64,000 bases of DNA, from positions 90,337 to 154,336 of the forward strand of contig CAWETG010000006.1 in NCBI GenBank assembly GCA_963812035.1, written 5' to 3'. This DNA comes from an uncultured Gemmatimonadales bacterium (GTDB taxonomy: Bacteria; Gemmatimonadota; Gemmatimonadetes; Gemmatimonadales; JACORV01). Below, in pieces: positions 43,648 through 55,557 of the stretch. The position numbers and the translations under genes are program-made. Position 1 is the stretch's first letter, and each line of letters begins with the position of its first letter. Below the pieces are notes generated by a model that was not told where the DNA came from, did no database searches, and was given only the letters and a program-made list of their open reading frames with translations.

Positions 43648-43738
43648 AGGGGATACGACAGCCGCACGGTCTCGGATCGCGACAGCGAGTGAGCGTCCCG
43701 GTTCAGTAGTCAACCACGCGCGCGCAAGCGGAGGAGCC

Positions 43739-46300
43739 TTGAAGAAAACGGCGAAGCTGAAGCAGGCACGCGCCAGCCGCCCCCAGCGCGGCCTGCCACC
43801 GAAGATACGCGCAGGGTTCGACGCCCTGGCGGAGTTGGCCCTGGACATGCGCTGGTCCTGGAACCATGGCACCGACGCTGTGTGGCAGCAGCTGGATCCC
43901 GAACTGTGGGCCATCACGAACAACCCCTGGGTGGTTCTGCAGACGGTCTCACGCGACCAGGTCAAGCGGGTGCTGGACGATCCCGTGTTTCGCAAGATGG
44001 TGGACGACCTGGTGCAGACGAGGCGGCACGCCGCGGACGAGCCCGCCTGGTTTCAGCAGCAGCATCCGCGCTCGCCGCTGACCTGTGCCGCGTATTTCAG
44101 CATGGAGTTCATGTTGAGCGAAGGCTTGCCCATCTACTCGGGCGGGCTTGGCAATGTAGCCGGCGATCAGCTCAAGGCCGCCAGCGATCTGGGCGTGCCG
44201 GTGGTCGGCGTCGGACTGCTGTACCAGCAAGGCTATTTTCGCCAGGTGATCGACAAGGACGGAGCGCAAGAGGCCCTCTTCCCGTACAACGATCCCGGAC
44301 AGTTGCCGGTCACGCCGCTGCGCCAGGCGAACGGGGAGTGGCTGCGGTTGGAGATCGCGCTGCCCGGTTACTCGGTCTGGCTGCGAGGCTGGCAGGTCCA
44401 GGTCGGCAGAGTGAAGCTCTACCTGCTGGACAGCAACGACGCGGCGAACTTCCCCGCTCATCGGGGGATCACCAGCGAGTTGTATGGCGGCGGGCCGGAG
44501 CTGCGCCTCAAGCAGGAGCTGCTCCTCGGGATCGGTGGATGGCGGCTGCTCGGGGCGCTTGGCATCCAGCCCGAAGTCTGCCATCTGAATGAAGGGCATG
44601 CGGCCTTTGCGGTGCTGGAGCGCGCCCGCGCGTTCATGGCGGAGACGGGGCAGCCGTTCGAGGTCGCGCTGGCCGTCACGCGGGTGGGGAACCTCTTCAC
44701 CACCCACACGGCGGTGGCCGCCGGCTTCGACCGCTTTGCTCCGGCCCTCATCGAGCAATACCTCGGCGGGTACGCCGAGCAGCAGCTCGGCATCACACTC
44801 CGGGACCTGCTGGCCCTGGGCCGGGAGAACCCGGACGACGTGTCGGAAAGCTTCAACATGGCCTACCTGGCCGTCCGCGGGAGCGGGGCGGTCAACGGCG
44901 TGAGTCGCCTGCATGGGACGGCGAGCCGGCACCTCTTCCAGCCTCTCTTTCCCCGCTGGCCGACGGGCGACGTGCCTGTCGGGCACGTCACGAACGGCGT
45001 CCACGTGCCGAGCTGGGATTCGGCGGCAGCGGATGCTCTGTGGACGAAGGCCTGTGGCAAGGACCGCTGGCGGGGGACGACGAAGACCCTCGAGCGGAGC
45101 ATTCGCGGCGTCTCCGATGCCAGGCTGTGGCAATTCCGTACCGCCGCCACCCAGTCGCTGGTCGAGTACGCGCGGGAACGACTGTCCCGGCAGCTGACTG
45201 CCTCCGGCGCCTCGCGCGAGGCGGTGGACGAGGCGCATCGTCTCTTTGATCCCGACGTCCTGATGCTGGGGTTTGCGCGCCGCTTCGCCACCTACAAGAG
45301 ACCGAACCTGCTGCTGCACGATCCGGCGCGTTTGCTGCGCCTGCTGGCGAACCCGGAGCGCCCCGTGCAGCTCATCATCGCCGGCAAGGCCCATCCGGAG
45401 GACCGGGCGGGGCAGGCGTTGATCCAGGAGTGGATCCGGTTCATCCGCCGGCCGGAGACCCGCCCTCACGTCGTCTTCCTCAGCGACTACGACATGCTGT
45501 TGACGGAGCACCTGGTGCAGGGGGTGGACGTCTGGATCAACACGCCCCGGCGACCCTGGGAGGCGAGCGGCACGAGCGGCATGAAGGTGCTCGTCAACGG
45601 AGGCATCAATCTGTCGGAACTGGATGGCTGGTGGGCCGAAGCCTACGCGCCCGAAGTGGGGTGGGCGTTGGGCGACGGCCGGGAGCATGGCGACGATCCC
45701 GCCTGGGACGCGGTCGAAGCCGACGCGCTCTACGACCTGCTCGAACGGGAGGTGATCCCGGAGTTCTATACCCGGGACGCGAGCGGCATTCCCACCGCAT
45801 GGGTCAAGCGGATGCGGGAGAGCATGGCCCGGTTGACTCCGCACTTCTCCGCCAACCGCACAGTGCGCGAATACGTCGAGCATCACTACCTCCCGGCCGC
45901 AACCACCTACCGGTTCCGCCGGGCCAAGGACAGCGCCGCCGGCAGGCGAGTGGTCGCCTGGCGGCACGGTCTGGAGCAGCACTGGGCGGCGCTGCGCTTC
46001 GGCGAGGTGAATCTTGCCACCGACGCGGAGCGGCACACGTTCCAGGTTGAAGTCCATCTGGGCGAGCTCGACCCTGACGCGGTGCGCGTCGAGCTCTATG
46101 CCGACGGACTCGACGGCGGCACTCCGGCACGGCACGAGATGTCGCGCCTTCTCCCCGTGGCCGGCGCCTCGGGCGGCTACGTGTACGGCGCGGCTGTGCC
46201 GGCGGCCAGGTCACCAGCCGACTATACGGCGCGCGTGATACCGCGCGGCGACGCCGTTGCGATCCCCCTTGAGGAGGCACGAATCCTGTGGCAGCGGTGA
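43739..46300 (+). CDS. glgP: Alpha-glucan (glycogen/maltodextrin) phosphorylase
   Basis: YFSMEF, YSGGLG, RRFATYKR, EASGTSGMK. Confidence 0.95.
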   Translation: MKKTAKLKQARASRPQRGLPPKIRAGFDALAELALDMRWSWNHGTDAVWQQLDPELWAITNNPWVVLQTVSRDQVKRVLDDPVFRKMVDDLVQTRRHAADEPAWFQQQHPRSPLTCAAYFSMEFMLSEGLPIYSGGLGNVAGDQLKAASDLGVPVVGVGLLYQQGYFRQVIDKDGAQEALFPYNDPGQLPVTPLRQANGEWLRLEIALPGYSVWLRGWQVQVGRVKLYLLDSNDAANFPAHRGITSELYGGGPELRLKQELLLGIGGWRLLGALGIQPEVCHLNEGHAAFAVLERARAFMAETGQPFEVALAVTRVGNLFTTHTAVAAGFDRFAPALIEQYLGGYAEQQLGITLRDLLALGRENPDDVSESFNMAYLAVRGSGAVNGVSRLHGTASRHLFQPLFPRWPTGDVPVGHVTNGVHVPSWDSAAADALWTKACGKDRWRGTTKTLERSIRGVSDARLWQFRTAATQSLVEYARERLSRQLTASGASREAVDEAHRLFDPDVLMLGFARRFATYKRPNLLLHDPARLLRLLANPERPVQLIIAGKAHPEDRAGQALIQEWIRFIRRPETRPHVVFLSDYDMLLTEHLVQGVDVWINTPRRPWEASGTSGMKVLVNGGINLSELDGWWAEAYAPEVGWALGDGREHGDDPAWDAVEADALYDLLEREVIPEFYTRDASGIPTAWVKRMRESMARLTPHFSANRTVREYVEHHYLPAATTYRFRRAKDSAAGRRVVAWRHGLEQHWAALRFGEVNLATDAERHTFQVEVHLGELDPDAVRVELYADGLDGGTPARHEMSRLLPVAGASGGYVYGAAVPAARSPADYTARVIPRGDAVAIPLEEARILWQR

Positions 46301-46394
46301 GCCGGGCGACGGAAGCAGGGAGGCCGAAGCACGCGACCGCCGTCACCGGCGCAACGCACGTTCTGCAGACACCAGCGAGACGATGGGGTCATCC

Positions 46395-47603
46395 ATGCCA
46401 ACAGCCCACCCGCGCATCCTGACGATCAACGGCGGCTCGTCGAGCATCAAGTTCGCGCTGTTCGAAGCCGGCGATTCGCTCCGACGGATGCTCGAGGGCG
46501 CGATCGAGCGCATCGGATCACCGGGGACCATCTTGTGGGTGAAGGGGGTGAGTGGGCCGGACAGCCTTTCACGGCCGCTGACGGCGCCGGATCACACGGT
46601 CGCAGTGGGCGCGTTGATGGACTGGATCGAGGAGCGCGGCGGGCGTGACGCCGTGACGGCGGTGGGACATCGGGTGGTGCATGGCGGGCCGAAGTACAGC
46701 CAGCCGCAGCGCATCACGGCGGACATGGTCGAGGAGCTGCACCGGCTCCGTCCATTCGATCCCGACCACCTGCCGGAGGAGATCCTGTTGACCGAGGCGT
46801 TTCAGCACCGCTTTCCCGATCTGCCCCAGGTGGCGGTTTTCGACACCGCGTTTCACCACGACCTGCCGCGGGTGGCGCGGCTGCTGCCGATCCCGCGCCG
46901 CTACGAGGCGCAGGGCGTGCGACGGTACGGCTTTCATGGGTTGTCGTACGCGTTTCTCATGGAAGAGCTCGCCCGCCTGGCCGGGACGGAAGCGGCACGA
47001 GGCCGCGTTGTCCTGGCCCACCTCGGCAACGGCGCGAGCCTGGCGGCCGTACGGGACGGCAAACCCGTGGACACCAGCATGAGTTTCACCCCGACCGCCG
47101 GAGTGCCGATGAGCACGCGCTCCGGCGATCTCGATCCTGGACTGGTCTGGTATCTGGTGCGTACCGAGGGGCTCGATGCGAAGCGATTCAATGAGATGGT
47201 CAATTTCCAGTCGGGACTGCTCGGCATCTCCGAGACCAGCGCCGACATGCGCGACCTGCTCGAGCGGGAGGCGCAGGACGCGCGGGCGGCCGACGCGGTG
47301 GCCGTGTTCTGCTACCAGGTCAAGAAGATGATCGGCGCCTTCGCGGCGGCGCTGGGCGGACTGGACACGCTGGTGTTCGCCGGTGGCATCGGCGAGCACG
47401 CGACCGCCGTCCGCGGCCGCATCTGCGATGGGCTGGGATTCCTCGGCATCGAGCTAGACGAGCAGCGCAACGCGGCGAACGAGGGCGTGATTTCTGGTGG
47501 CGGCAGCCGGGTGTGGGTCCGGGTCATTCGGACGGACGAAGAACGGATGATCGCCGAGGCGGTATGCAGCGTGCTCGGCCTTGGGCCACGAAAGGACCAG
47601 TGA
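46395..47603 (+). CDS. ackA: Acetate kinase
   Basis: INGGSSSIK, GHRVVHGG, FDTAFH, RRYGFHG, HLGNGAS; start may be 46383. Confidence 0.95.
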   Translation: MPTAHPRILTINGGSSSIKFALFEAGDSLRRMLEGAIERIGSPGTILWVKGVSGPDSLSRPLTAPDHTVAVGALMDWIEERGGRDAVTAVGHRVVHGGPKYSQPQRITADMVEELHRLRPFDPDHLPEEILLTEAFQHRFPDLPQVAVFDTAFHHDLPRVARLLPIPRRYEAQGVRRYGFHGLSYAFLMEELARLAGTEAARGRVVLAHLGNGASLAAVRDGKPVDTSMSFTPTAGVPMSTRSGDLDPGLVWYLVRTEGLDAKRFNEMVNFQSGLLGISETSADMRDLLEREAQDARAADAVAVFCYQVKKMIGAFAAALGGLDTLVFAGGIGEHATAVRGRICDGLGFLGIELDEQRNAANEGVISGGGSRVWVRVIRTDEERMIAEAVCSVLGLGPRKDQ

Positions 47604-47606
47604 TTC

Positions 47607-49976
47607 ATGCGGACACCTACTCTCACCCCCGACCTGCTGAACCGGATGGACGCCTACTGGCGCGCCGCCAACTATCTGTCGGTCGGCCAGATCTACCTGT
47701 ATGACAACCCGCTGCTCAGGCGGCCACTGGCGCTCGCGGACGTGAAACACATGCTGCTGGGACATTGGGGCACGACCCCGGGGCAGAACTTCACCTACGT
47801 TCACCTGAACCGCGTCATCAAGAAGTACGACCTCGACATGATCTACGTATCCGGCCCCGGGCACGGCGGCCCGGCCGTGGTGGGCAACACCTACCTTGAG
47901 GGCACGTACAGCGAGATCTACCCCGACATCAGCCAGGACGAGGCCGGGCTGCGGAAGCTGTTCCTCCAGTTCTCGTTTCCCGGAGGCATCCCCAGCCATG
48001 CCTCGCCGGAGTGCCCGGGCTCGATCCACGAGGGGGGCGAGCTCGGCTACTCGCTCAGCCATTCGTTCGGGGCGGTGTTCGACAATCCCGATCTCGTCGT
48101 CGCCTGCGTCGTCGGCGACGGCGAGGCGGAAACCGGACCGCTGGCCACGGCGTGGCATTCGAACAAGTTCCTCGATCCGGTCACCGACGGCGCGGTGCTG
48201 CCGATCCTGCACTTGAACGGCTACAAGATCTCCAACCCGACCGTCCTGGCCCGCATCACTCACGAGGAACTCGAGCAGCTGCTCCGCGGTTACGGGTGGG
48301 CGCCCCTCTTCGTGGAGGGGTACGAGCCCGCGTTGATGCACGAGGCGATGGCGGCGGCGCTGGACGCGGCGGTGGAGCGGATCAGGAGCATCCAGCACGA
48401 AGCCCGCGTCGGCGGCCGCACGGCGCGTCCGCGCTGGCCGATGATCGTTCTCAACTCACCCAAGGGCTGGACGGGGCCGAAGACGATTGACGGCCTGCCG
48501 GTCGAAGGCACCTTCCGGTCGCACCAGGTGCCGCTCTCCGACCCGGCCACCCACCCGGAGCACCTCAAGCTGTTGGAGGAGTGGCTGCGGAGCTACCGGC
48601 CGGAGGAGCTGTTCGACGAGCGAGGGCGCCTGAAGCCGGAGCTGGCGGAGCTGGCGCCCAGGGGCGAACGGCGCATGGGCGCGAATCCGCATGCCAACGG
48701 CGGCATGCTGCTTCGCGACCTCAGGATGCCGGACTTCAGGGACTACGCCGTCGAGGTGCCGTCACCGGGGGTGCACGGCATCGGCGACACGCACGTGCTC
48801 GGACGCTTCCTGCGCGACGTGGCCAAGCTGAACGGCGAGCAGCGGAACTTCCGGGTCTTCGGCCCCGACGAGACGCTGTCCAACGGCCTGGAGGCCCTCT
48901 TCGAGGTGACCCAGCGGCAATGGGACGCCGCGACCGCGCCGAACGACGAGTTCCTCGCGCCCAGCGGGCGCGTGATGGAGATGCTCAGCGAGCACCAATG
49001 CGAGGGCTGGCTCGAGGGCTACCTGCTGACCGGCCGGCACGGGCTCTTCAACTGCTACGAGGCGTTCATCCACATCGTGGATTCGATGTTCAACCAGCAC
49101 GCCAAGTGGCTGAAGGTCACGGCGCATCTGCCGTGGCGGCGGAAGATCGCCTCGCTGAACATCCTGCTTGCCTCGCACGTGTGGCGCCAGGATCACAACG
49201 GCTTCACGCACCAGGATCCCGGCTTCATCGACCACGTGATGAACAAGAAGGCCGAGGTCGTCCGGGTCTACCTTCCGCCGGACGCCAACTGCCTGCTGTC
49301 GGTGATGGACCACTGCCTGCGCAGCCGCCAGTACGTCAACGTCGTGATCGCGGGCAAGCACCCGGCGCCGCAGTGGCTGGCGATGGACGCCGCCGTCACG
49401 CACTGCGCCGAGGGCATCGGCATCTGGCAGTGGGCCAGCAATGACCAGGGCGCGCCACCGGACGTGGTCATGGCCTGCTGCGGCGACGTGCCCACGCTCG
49501 AGACACTGGCCGCCGTCTCCATTCTGCGCGAGCGCCTGCCCGGCCTCAGGATCCGGGTGGTCAACGTCGTGGACCTGATGAAGCTGCAGCCGCAGACCGA
49601 GCACCCGCACGGGTTGAGCGACCGGGATTTCGACGATCTCTTCACCACGGACAAGCCGGTCATCTTCGCCTTCCATGCCTATCCGTGGCTGATCCACCGG
49701 CTGACCTACCGCCGCACCAACCACGACAACATCCACGTCCGCGGCTACAAGGAAGAGGGCACCATCACCACGCCCTTCGACATGACGGTGCTGAACGAGC
49801 TGGATCGCTTCCATCTCGTGATGGACGCGATTGACCGGCTGCCGCAGACCGGCGACAGGGGCCACTACCTGAAGCAGCAGCTCAAGGACAAGCTGATCGA
49901 GCACAAGCAATACATCGACCGGAACGGTGAAGACATGCCGGAGATCCGGAACTGGAAGTGGGGCACCCTGCGATGA
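47607..49976 (+). CDS. xfp: Phosphoketolase (XFP family)
   Basis: [33 protein letters not shown]. Confidence 0.97.
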   Translation: MRTPTLTPDLLNRMDAYWRAANYLSVGQIYLYDNPLLRRPLALADVKHMLLGHWGTTPGQNFTYVHLNRVIKKYDLDMIYVSGPGHGGPAVVGNTYLEGTYSEIYPDISQDEAGLRKLFLQFSFPGGIPSHASPECPGSIHEGGELGYSLSHSFGAVFDNPDLVVACVVGDGEAETGPLATAWHSNKFLDPVTDGAVLPILHLNGYKISNPTVLARITHEELEQLLRGYGWAPLFVEGYEPALMHEAMAAALDAAVERIRSIQHEARVGGRTARPRWPMIVLNSPKGWTGPKTIDGLPVEGTFRSHQVPLSDPATHPEHLKLLEEWLRSYRPEELFDERGRLKPELAELAPRGERRMGANPHANGGMLLRDLRMPDFRDYAVEVPSPGVHGIGDTHVLGRFLRDVAKLNGEQRNFRVFGPDETLSNGLEALFEVTQRQWDAATAPNDEFLAPSGRVMEMLSEHQCEGWLEGYLLTGRHGLFNCYEAFIHIVDSMFNQHAKWLKVTAHLPWRRKIASLNILLASHVWRQDHNGFTHQDPGFIDHVMNKKAEVVRVYLPPDANCLLSVMDHCLRSRQYVNVVIAGKHPAPQWLAMDAAVTHCAEGIGIWQWASNDQGAPPDVVMACCGDVPTLETLAAVSILRERLPGLRIRVVNVVDLMKLQPQTEHPHGLSDRDFDDLFTTDKPVIFAFHAYPWLIHRLTYRRTNHDNIHVRGYKEEGTITTPFDMTVLNELDRFHLVMDAIDRLPQTGDRGHYLKQQLKDKLIEHKQYIDRNGEDMPEIRNWKWGTLR

Positions 49977-52501
49977 ACGCCAATGCCGAGCAGGCCAAGC
50001 TTCCCGAATCGAAACCGGGATCGCAGTCCGGCGCGAAGGACGATCTCAGATCCCTTCCCATGCCGGAACTGCTGGCACAACTGGGGTCGTCGCCTGACGG
50101 TCTCAGTCAAGCCGAGGCGCAGAAACGGCTGGTCCAATACGGACCGAACGAGATCGCAGAGAAGAAGACGAATGAGTTCCTGAAGTTCCTCACCTACTTC
50201 TGGGGTCCGATCCCCTGGATGATCGAAGCGGCCGTCATCCTGTCGGCCGTAGCGCGTCATTGGCCGGACTTCGGCATCATCCTGCTTCTCCTGTTGGCCA
50301 ACGCCGTAGTCGGATTCTGGGAGGAACACCAGGCGGGGAACGCCATCGCGGCCCTGAAGGCCAAGCTCGCGGTCAAGGCCCGGGTGAGGCGGGATGGGAA
50401 GTGGATCACCCCGGCCGCGCGTGAGCTGGTGCCGGGCGACGTCATCCGCTTGCGCCTGGGCGACATCGTGCCGGCGGACGCCCGCTTGCTGGACGGCGAT
50501 GAGGTGGAGGTAGATCAGTCCGCCCTGACGGGAGAGTCGTTGCCCGCCACGCGGAAGCCCGGGGAGGCGGTTTTTTCCGGTTCGATCATTCGTCGGGGAG
50601 AAATCGGCGCTTTCGTCTATGCCACGGGGGCCAGAACCTACTTCGGCAAGACGGCGGAACTCGTGCAGGAGGCGCACACCGTCAGCCACTTTCAGCGCGC
50701 GGTGCTGAAGATCGGCAATTACCTGATCGTCCTCGCAGCGGCTCTGGTGGCGGTGATCATCACGGTCGCCATCGTCCGCGGCGACCCGATCCTCACGACA
50801 CTGCAGTTCGCCCTGGTGCTGACCGTAGCGGCGATTCCCGTGGCGATGCCGACGGTGCTGTCGGTCACGATGGCGGTTGGCGCGCGCCTGCTCGCGAAGA
50901 AAGAGGCGATCGTGAGCAGGCTGGTGGCCATCGAGGAATTGGCGGGCGTGGACGTCCTGTGCGCGGACAAGACCGGCACCCTGACCCAGAACAAGCTGAC
51001 GCTGGGGGCCCCGTTCGGCGCGAACGACGTCCCCGCGGAGCAGGTGATCCTCGCTGCAGCGCTGGCGTCGCGCGCGGACAACAATGACACCATCGATCTG
51101 GCCGTTCTGGGTGGCTTGAAGGACAAGGAGGCTGTGAAGAGCTACCAGGTCGTTCATTTCCAGCCGTTCGACCCGGTGCACAAGCGCACCGAGGCCACCG
51201 TCAGGGCTGCGGATGGAAAGACGTTCAGGGTCACGAAGGGCGCGCCGCAGGTGATTCTGGGGTTGTCGTCCAATGCTGGGCAGGCCAAGCCGGCCGTCGA
51301 AACCGCCGTCAACGAATTCGCGGCGCGCGGTTTTCGTTCGCTGGGCGTGGCGCGGGCCGAGGGCGACGGCCCATGGCTGTTTCTTGGTGTGTTACCCCTG
51401 TTCGATCCGCCCCGGGAAGATGCCAAGGCGACCATCGCGACCGCGCGAGGGATGGGAGTGACGATTAAGATGGTGACGGGCGATGCGCTGGCCATTACCC
51501 AGGAAACGGCGAAAAAGCTGGGGATGGGCGCCAATATCCTCGATGCCAGCGGACTGGGCGACGTCAAGAAGGAAGAGACGGCGCCGGTGGCCGAGTCCAT
51601 CGAGAAGGCCGATGGATTCGCCCAGGTGTTTCCGGAACACAAGTTCCACATCGTGGATGTCCTGCAGAAGCGCGGCCACATCGTCGGCATGACGGGCGAT
51701 GGGGTGAATGACGCCCCCGCGCTGAAGAAAGCGGACTGCGGCATTGCCGTGTCGGCCGCGACGGACGCGGCGCGCGCGGCGGCGGCCATCGTGCTGCTGA
51801 CGCCCGGCCTGTCGGTGATCATCGATGCCATCAAGGAGAGCCGCCGCATCTTCCAGCGGATGAACAGCTACGCGATCTACCGCATCGCCGAGACGCTGCG
51901 GGTGCTGTTCTTCATGACGCTGGCGATCCTGATCTTCAACTTCTATCCGCTGACGGCGGTGATGATCGTGATGCTGGCGCTGCTCAACGACGGCGCGATC
52001 CTGTCGATCGCGTATGACAACGTGCATTACCAGGACCAGCCCGAGGCCTGGAATATGCGCGTCGTGCTAGGGATTGCCACGGTGCTGGGTGTCATCGGGG
52101 TCGTGTCCGCCTTCGGCTTGTTCTATCTGGGTGAGCGTGTCTTTCATCTCGATCGTGCGCACATCCAGACGCTGATGTACTTGAAGCTGTCGGTGGCGGG
52201 GCATCTGACGATCTTCCTCACCCGCACGCGCGGTCCGTTCTGGTCCATTCGGCCCGCCCGGATCCTGTGGGTAGCCGTGGTCGGCACGCAAATCGTGGCA
52301 ACGCTGATTGCCACTTATGGGCTATTCATGACACCCATAGGCTGGGGCTGGGCACTGTTTGTCTGGGGCTATGCCCTGGCGTGGTTCCTCCTGAACGACC
52401 GCCTGAAGCTGCTCGCGTATCGGGTGTTGGCCCGGCCGACCGCCGCATCGTCGGGCCAGCGGCCGTTGGACCTCATTCCGCGGATCGCCACAGGGGCCTA
52501 A
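49973..52501 (+). CDS. Plasma-membrane-type (P3A) proton-efflux P-type ATPase
   Basis: [46 protein letters not shown]. Confidence 0.93.
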   Translation: MNANAEQAKLPESKPGSQSGAKDDLRSLPMPELLAQLGSSPDGLSQAEAQKRLVQYGPNEIAEKKTNEFLKFLTYFWGPIPWMIEAAVILSAVARHWPDFGIILLLLLANAVVGFWEEHQAGNAIAALKAKLAVKARVRRDGKWITPAARELVPGDVIRLRLGDIVPADARLLDGDEVEVDQSALTGESLPATRKPGEAVFSGSIIRRGEIGAFVYATGARTYFGKTAELVQEAHTVSHFQRAVLKIGNYLIVLAAALVAVIITVAIVRGDPILTTLQFALVLTVAAIPVAMPTVLSVTMAVGARLLAKKEAIVSRLVAIEELAGVDVLCADKTGTLTQNKLTLGAPFGANDVPAEQVILAAALASRADNNDTIDLAVLGGLKDKEAVKSYQVVHFQPFDPVHKRTEATVRAADGKTFRVTKGAPQVILGLSSNAGQAKPAVETAVNEFAARGFRSLGVARAEGDGPWLFLGVLPLFDPPREDAKATIATARGMGVTIKMVTGDALAITQETAKKLGMGANILDASGLGDVKKEETAPVAESIEKADGFAQVFPEHKFHIVDVLQKRGHIVGMTGDGVNDAPALKKADCGIAVSAATDAARAAAAIVLLTPGLSVIIDAIKESRRIFQRMNSYAIYRIAETLRVLFFMTLAILIFNFYPLTAVMIVMLALLNDGAILSIAYDNVHYQDQPEAWNMRVVLGIATVLGVIGVVSAFGLFYLGERVFHLDRAHIQTLMYLKLSVAGHLTIFLTRTRGPFWSIRPARILWVAVVGTQIVATLIATYGLFMTPIGWGWALFVWGYALAWFLLNDRLKLLAYRVLARPTAASSGQRPLDLIPRIATGA

Positions 52502-52539
52502 GAGCGCGATGAGCAGGGAGGCCGCCGCGGAACAGCCGG

Positions 52540-54069
52540 CTACTCTACCCCCGCCCCGTGGTGGCAGTCCGAACACAGCATCGTTTGCCAGATCCCGCCG
52601 ATGTCCACGGGGTGCTGGAAGTCCAGCCCGGCCGCCGTGACCGTGCCCGCCGCCTGGCCCGGGCCCTGCGCGATGATCGCGTGACACGCGGTGCACTCGT
52701 GACTGATCGTCTTCCCGTCGGCTGTGGCGTGGTTGCCGTCGTGGCAGCGGAAGCAGCCGGGGGAGTTCTTGTGCCCGATGTTGTCGGGATAGACCCGCCA
52801 GTCCGACTTCATCCACGGGAAGAAGTTGTGCGTGTAGATGGCCTGCACCTCCGCGATGGCCTGGCGGAGACGGGCGGTTGTCGCGGCCGGCAGTGCGGGA
52901 TACGCGGAGTCGTAAAACGCCGTCAGGGCGCCGGAGATGCCGCTGAGCGCACCGGCGGCAGTGGTGTACGGGGCGGCCAGGGCCCGCACGGCCTGGCGCT
53001 TGATGAAGGGGATCGTGGAGTCGATGCGGCCGGTGCTCATCGCGAGGCTCACGGACGTCTCCGGCGCGTTGTAGATGTGCGTCGGCCGGTTGTGACAGTC
53101 GATGCAGTCCATGGTCCGCGGGCGTGACGCGGCGAACTGCGCCGCGGAGAGCGGGCTGACCGAGGACTGGTACACGGTCGTCTTCCCGCGGGCGTCGGTC
53201 ACGCGCACCCACGGAATGTCCTGACGCTGGCTGTCGGTGGCGATGTACTCGATCCGGTTGGCGATGTTCATGTGCCAGTGAATGCCGCCGGACGGCCCGA
53301 AGGCGGGGTCGCCACCGCCGATGTGGAGCAGCATCCGGATGGTCCACGGCGAGTTGCGCTCGTCGGGGAGGTAGTGCGGGATCACGCGCTCCGCCGCGCC
53401 GTAGAACTTCTGCGGCCAGTGGCACTGCTCGCACGTCTGCTGGGCGGGCCGCAGGTTCTTGATCGGAGCCGGAATCGGGCGAGGGTACCGGGCGGCGATC
53501 GTAGCGTACACCTGGTAGGCGCCGGAGAGTTTGGACTTCACGAACCAGCCGGCGCCGGGCCCGATGTGGCACTGCACGCAGGCGACGCGGGCGTGGGGGG
53601 ACTGCTGGTAGGCGGTGTACTCCGGCTGCATGATGGTGTGGCAGGTCGTTCCGCAGAACGGCACCGATTCGGTGAACTCGTAGGTACGGTAGCTCCCCAG
53701 CGCAGTCATGATCAGGAACACGAAGGTCGCCGCGCTGACGACGATGAACGCGTGCCGCTGATGCGGGACGTTGAGATCCAAGCGCGGGTAGCGGGGGACC
53801 TCTCCGGGTTTCATGCGCCGGCGCCGGCGGCGCTCCCACAGGGCGCCCGCGGCGATCATCACCAGGCCGGCGATCAGGAAGGCCGGTGCGATGATGTACG
53901 TTAGAATCCCCATGTAGGGGTTCTTGAAGCTGCGGAAGTAGTCGATGGCGATCAGGCAGACGGCGGCGAAGCCGCTCGCCGCGGCCACGATGAAGCCGGC
54001 CAGGCTGATCCAGTTGTCGACCAGCGAGGGCCGCTTGGCCGCAGGTTGAAGATCGGGTTCGTCGCTCAT
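52540..54069 (-). CDS. Membrane-anchored multiheme cytochrome c (NapC/NirT-like N-terminus)
   Basis: About 3 TM; one CGTTCH and six CxxCH (CVQCH, CEQCH, CIDCH, CFRCH, CTACH, CSDCH). Confidence 0.88.
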   Translation of the reverse strand: MSDEPDLQPAAKRPSLVDNWISLAGFIVAAASGFAAVCLIAIDYFRSFKNPYMGILTYIIAPAFLIAGLVMIAAGALWERRRRRRMKPGEVPRYPRLDLNVPHQRHAFIVVSAATFVFLIMTALGSYRTYEFTESVPFCGTTCHTIMQPEYTAYQQSPHARVACVQCHIGPGAGWFVKSKLSGAYQVYATIAARYPRPIPAPIKNLRPAQQTCEQCHWPQKFYGAAERVIPHYLPDERNSPWTIRMLLHIGGGDPAFGPSGGIHWHMNIANRIEYIATDSQRQDIPWVRVTDARGKTTVYQSSVSPLSAAQFAASRPRTMDCIDCHNRPTHIYNAPETSVSLAMSTGRIDSTIPFIKRQAVRALAAPYTTAAGALSGISGALTAFYDSAYPALPAATTARLRQAIAEVQAIYTHNFFPWMKSDWRVYPDNIGHKNSPGCFRCHDGNHATADGKTISHECTACHAIIAQGPGQAAGTVTAAGLDFQHPVDIGGIWQTMLCSDCHHGAGVE

Positions 54070-54086
54070 TGAGGTCTCGTCGGTGA

Positions 54087-55400
54087 TCAGGTCAGCTTCG
54101 CCGCGCGCCGCACGCCGCGCTCGAGGCTCCACTTCAGCGCCGGCGGCGTGACGAGCGTCGTGACAATGACCATGATCACCACCGCGGAGTAAATGCCCTC
54201 GTCCACGATGCGCTCGCTGTGCAGCGTCAGGCCCAGTCCGATGCTGGCGAAGATCAGGCCCACCTCGCCGCGCGGGATCATGCCGAGGCCGATCGAGAGA
54301 CGATCCATCCGGCGGCCGAGCGCGCCGAGCGAGCAGGCCTGCTTGCCCGCGATGGCCGCGAGCGTCAGCAACAGTGCCAGACCCAGGCCCGAGGGATGGG
54401 CGAACGACTCCAGGTGCACCCGCATCCCCATCATCACGAAGAACACCGGCACCAGGAAGGACGCGACCGGCTGCACCAGCTCGCCCACGCTGCGCTCGCC
54501 GCGGGTAGTGAACTCCTTCCAATGGACGTCCTCGAGGATCAGGCCCGCCGCGTAGGCGCCGACGATGGGCGCCAGCCCCACCGCGGACGCCAGCCAGGCC
54601 AGGACGAAACAGAGGACCAGCGCGGTGGCGAGGAGGACTCCTTCGCCACGCAGGCGAGCCGCGGTGGCGAACAGCCGAGGCGACGTCGCCACGCCGATGG
54701 CGAGCGCCCCGACCATGAACACCGCGGCCTTGACCACCACGAGCGCCGTGGAGACGAATGAAAGTGTGGTGCCCCGGTTCGCCGCTTCGATGACGCCGGC
54801 GACGACGGCGAGGATCACCAGGCCAAGCACGTCGTCGATCACCGCGGCTCCCAGGATGATGCGCGCCTCGGCGAGACGCGACTTTCCCAGGTCCTTGAGC
54901 ACGCGTGCTGTGATGCCGACGCTGGTCGCCGTGAGCGTGGCGCCGAGGAAGGCGTGAGCGTATGCGCTGTGCCCCGGCAGCAGCAGCGCCCCGACGCCCC
55001 AGCCCAGCGCGAAGGGCGTCACGACGCCCAGGACCGCCACCAGCGTCGCGCTCGCCCCCACCTTCATCATGTCGCGCACGGTGGACTCGAGGCCCACCTC
55101 GAACAGGAGGATGAGGACGCCGAGCTGGGCGAGGATGTTGATGGAGGCGTTGGCGGTGAGGAACCGGAACCAGCTCACCCCGGCCAGGTCGAGGTTGCCG
55201 AGGACCACGCCCACGACCAATTCGCCGAGCACGGCCGGCTGCCCGATCCGCACCGCGAGGTCGCCGCCGAGTTTCGCGGCGGCGAGGATTGCGGCCAGGG
55301 CGAGCACCACGTGCGCGATGCCGGAGCCGGTCTCGCTCGGCATCGCGGCGGCGAGCAGGGGTATCAAGACCAGCGGAGCTACGGCTGCAAGGCGGCGCAT
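54087..55400 (-). CDS. Cation:proton antiporter (CPA2)
   Basis: QPAVLGEL, LLFEVGLE, TATSVGIT, AAVIDDV, GMIPRGEV. Confidence 0.93.
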   Translation of the reverse strand: MRRLAAVAPLVLIPLLAAAMPSETGSGIAHVVLALAAILAAAKLGGDLAVRIGQPAVLGELVVGVVLGNLDLAGVSWFRFLTANASINILAQLGVLILLFEVGLESTVRDMMKVGASATLVAVLGVVTPFALGWGVGALLLPGHSAYAHAFLGATLTATSVGITARVLKDLGKSRLAEARIILGAAVIDDVLGLVILAVVAGVIEAANRGTTLSFVSTALVVVKAAVFMVGALAIGVATSPRLFATAARLRGEGVLLATALVLCFVLAWLASAVGLAPIVGAYAAGLILEDVHWKEFTTRGERSVGELVQPVASFLVPVFFVMMGMRVHLESFAHPSGLGLALLLTLAAIAGKQACSLGALGRRMDRLSIGLGMIPRGEVGLIFASIGLGLTLHSERIVDEGIYSAVVIMVIVTTLVTPPALKWSLERGVRRAAKLT

Positions 55401-55557
55401 CCGGATCCCCCTGCGCGACAGTACAAGCGCCGACGGAAACGCGGCGCCTCCGATGTTCGCCCCCGAATCGAATGGGCGCAAGGCGGATTACCGGATCCGC
55501 CGGCCGTGGACCAGGGCTTGAGTTCGTGAAGTGCGAGGCTTATCTACCCGACGACCC

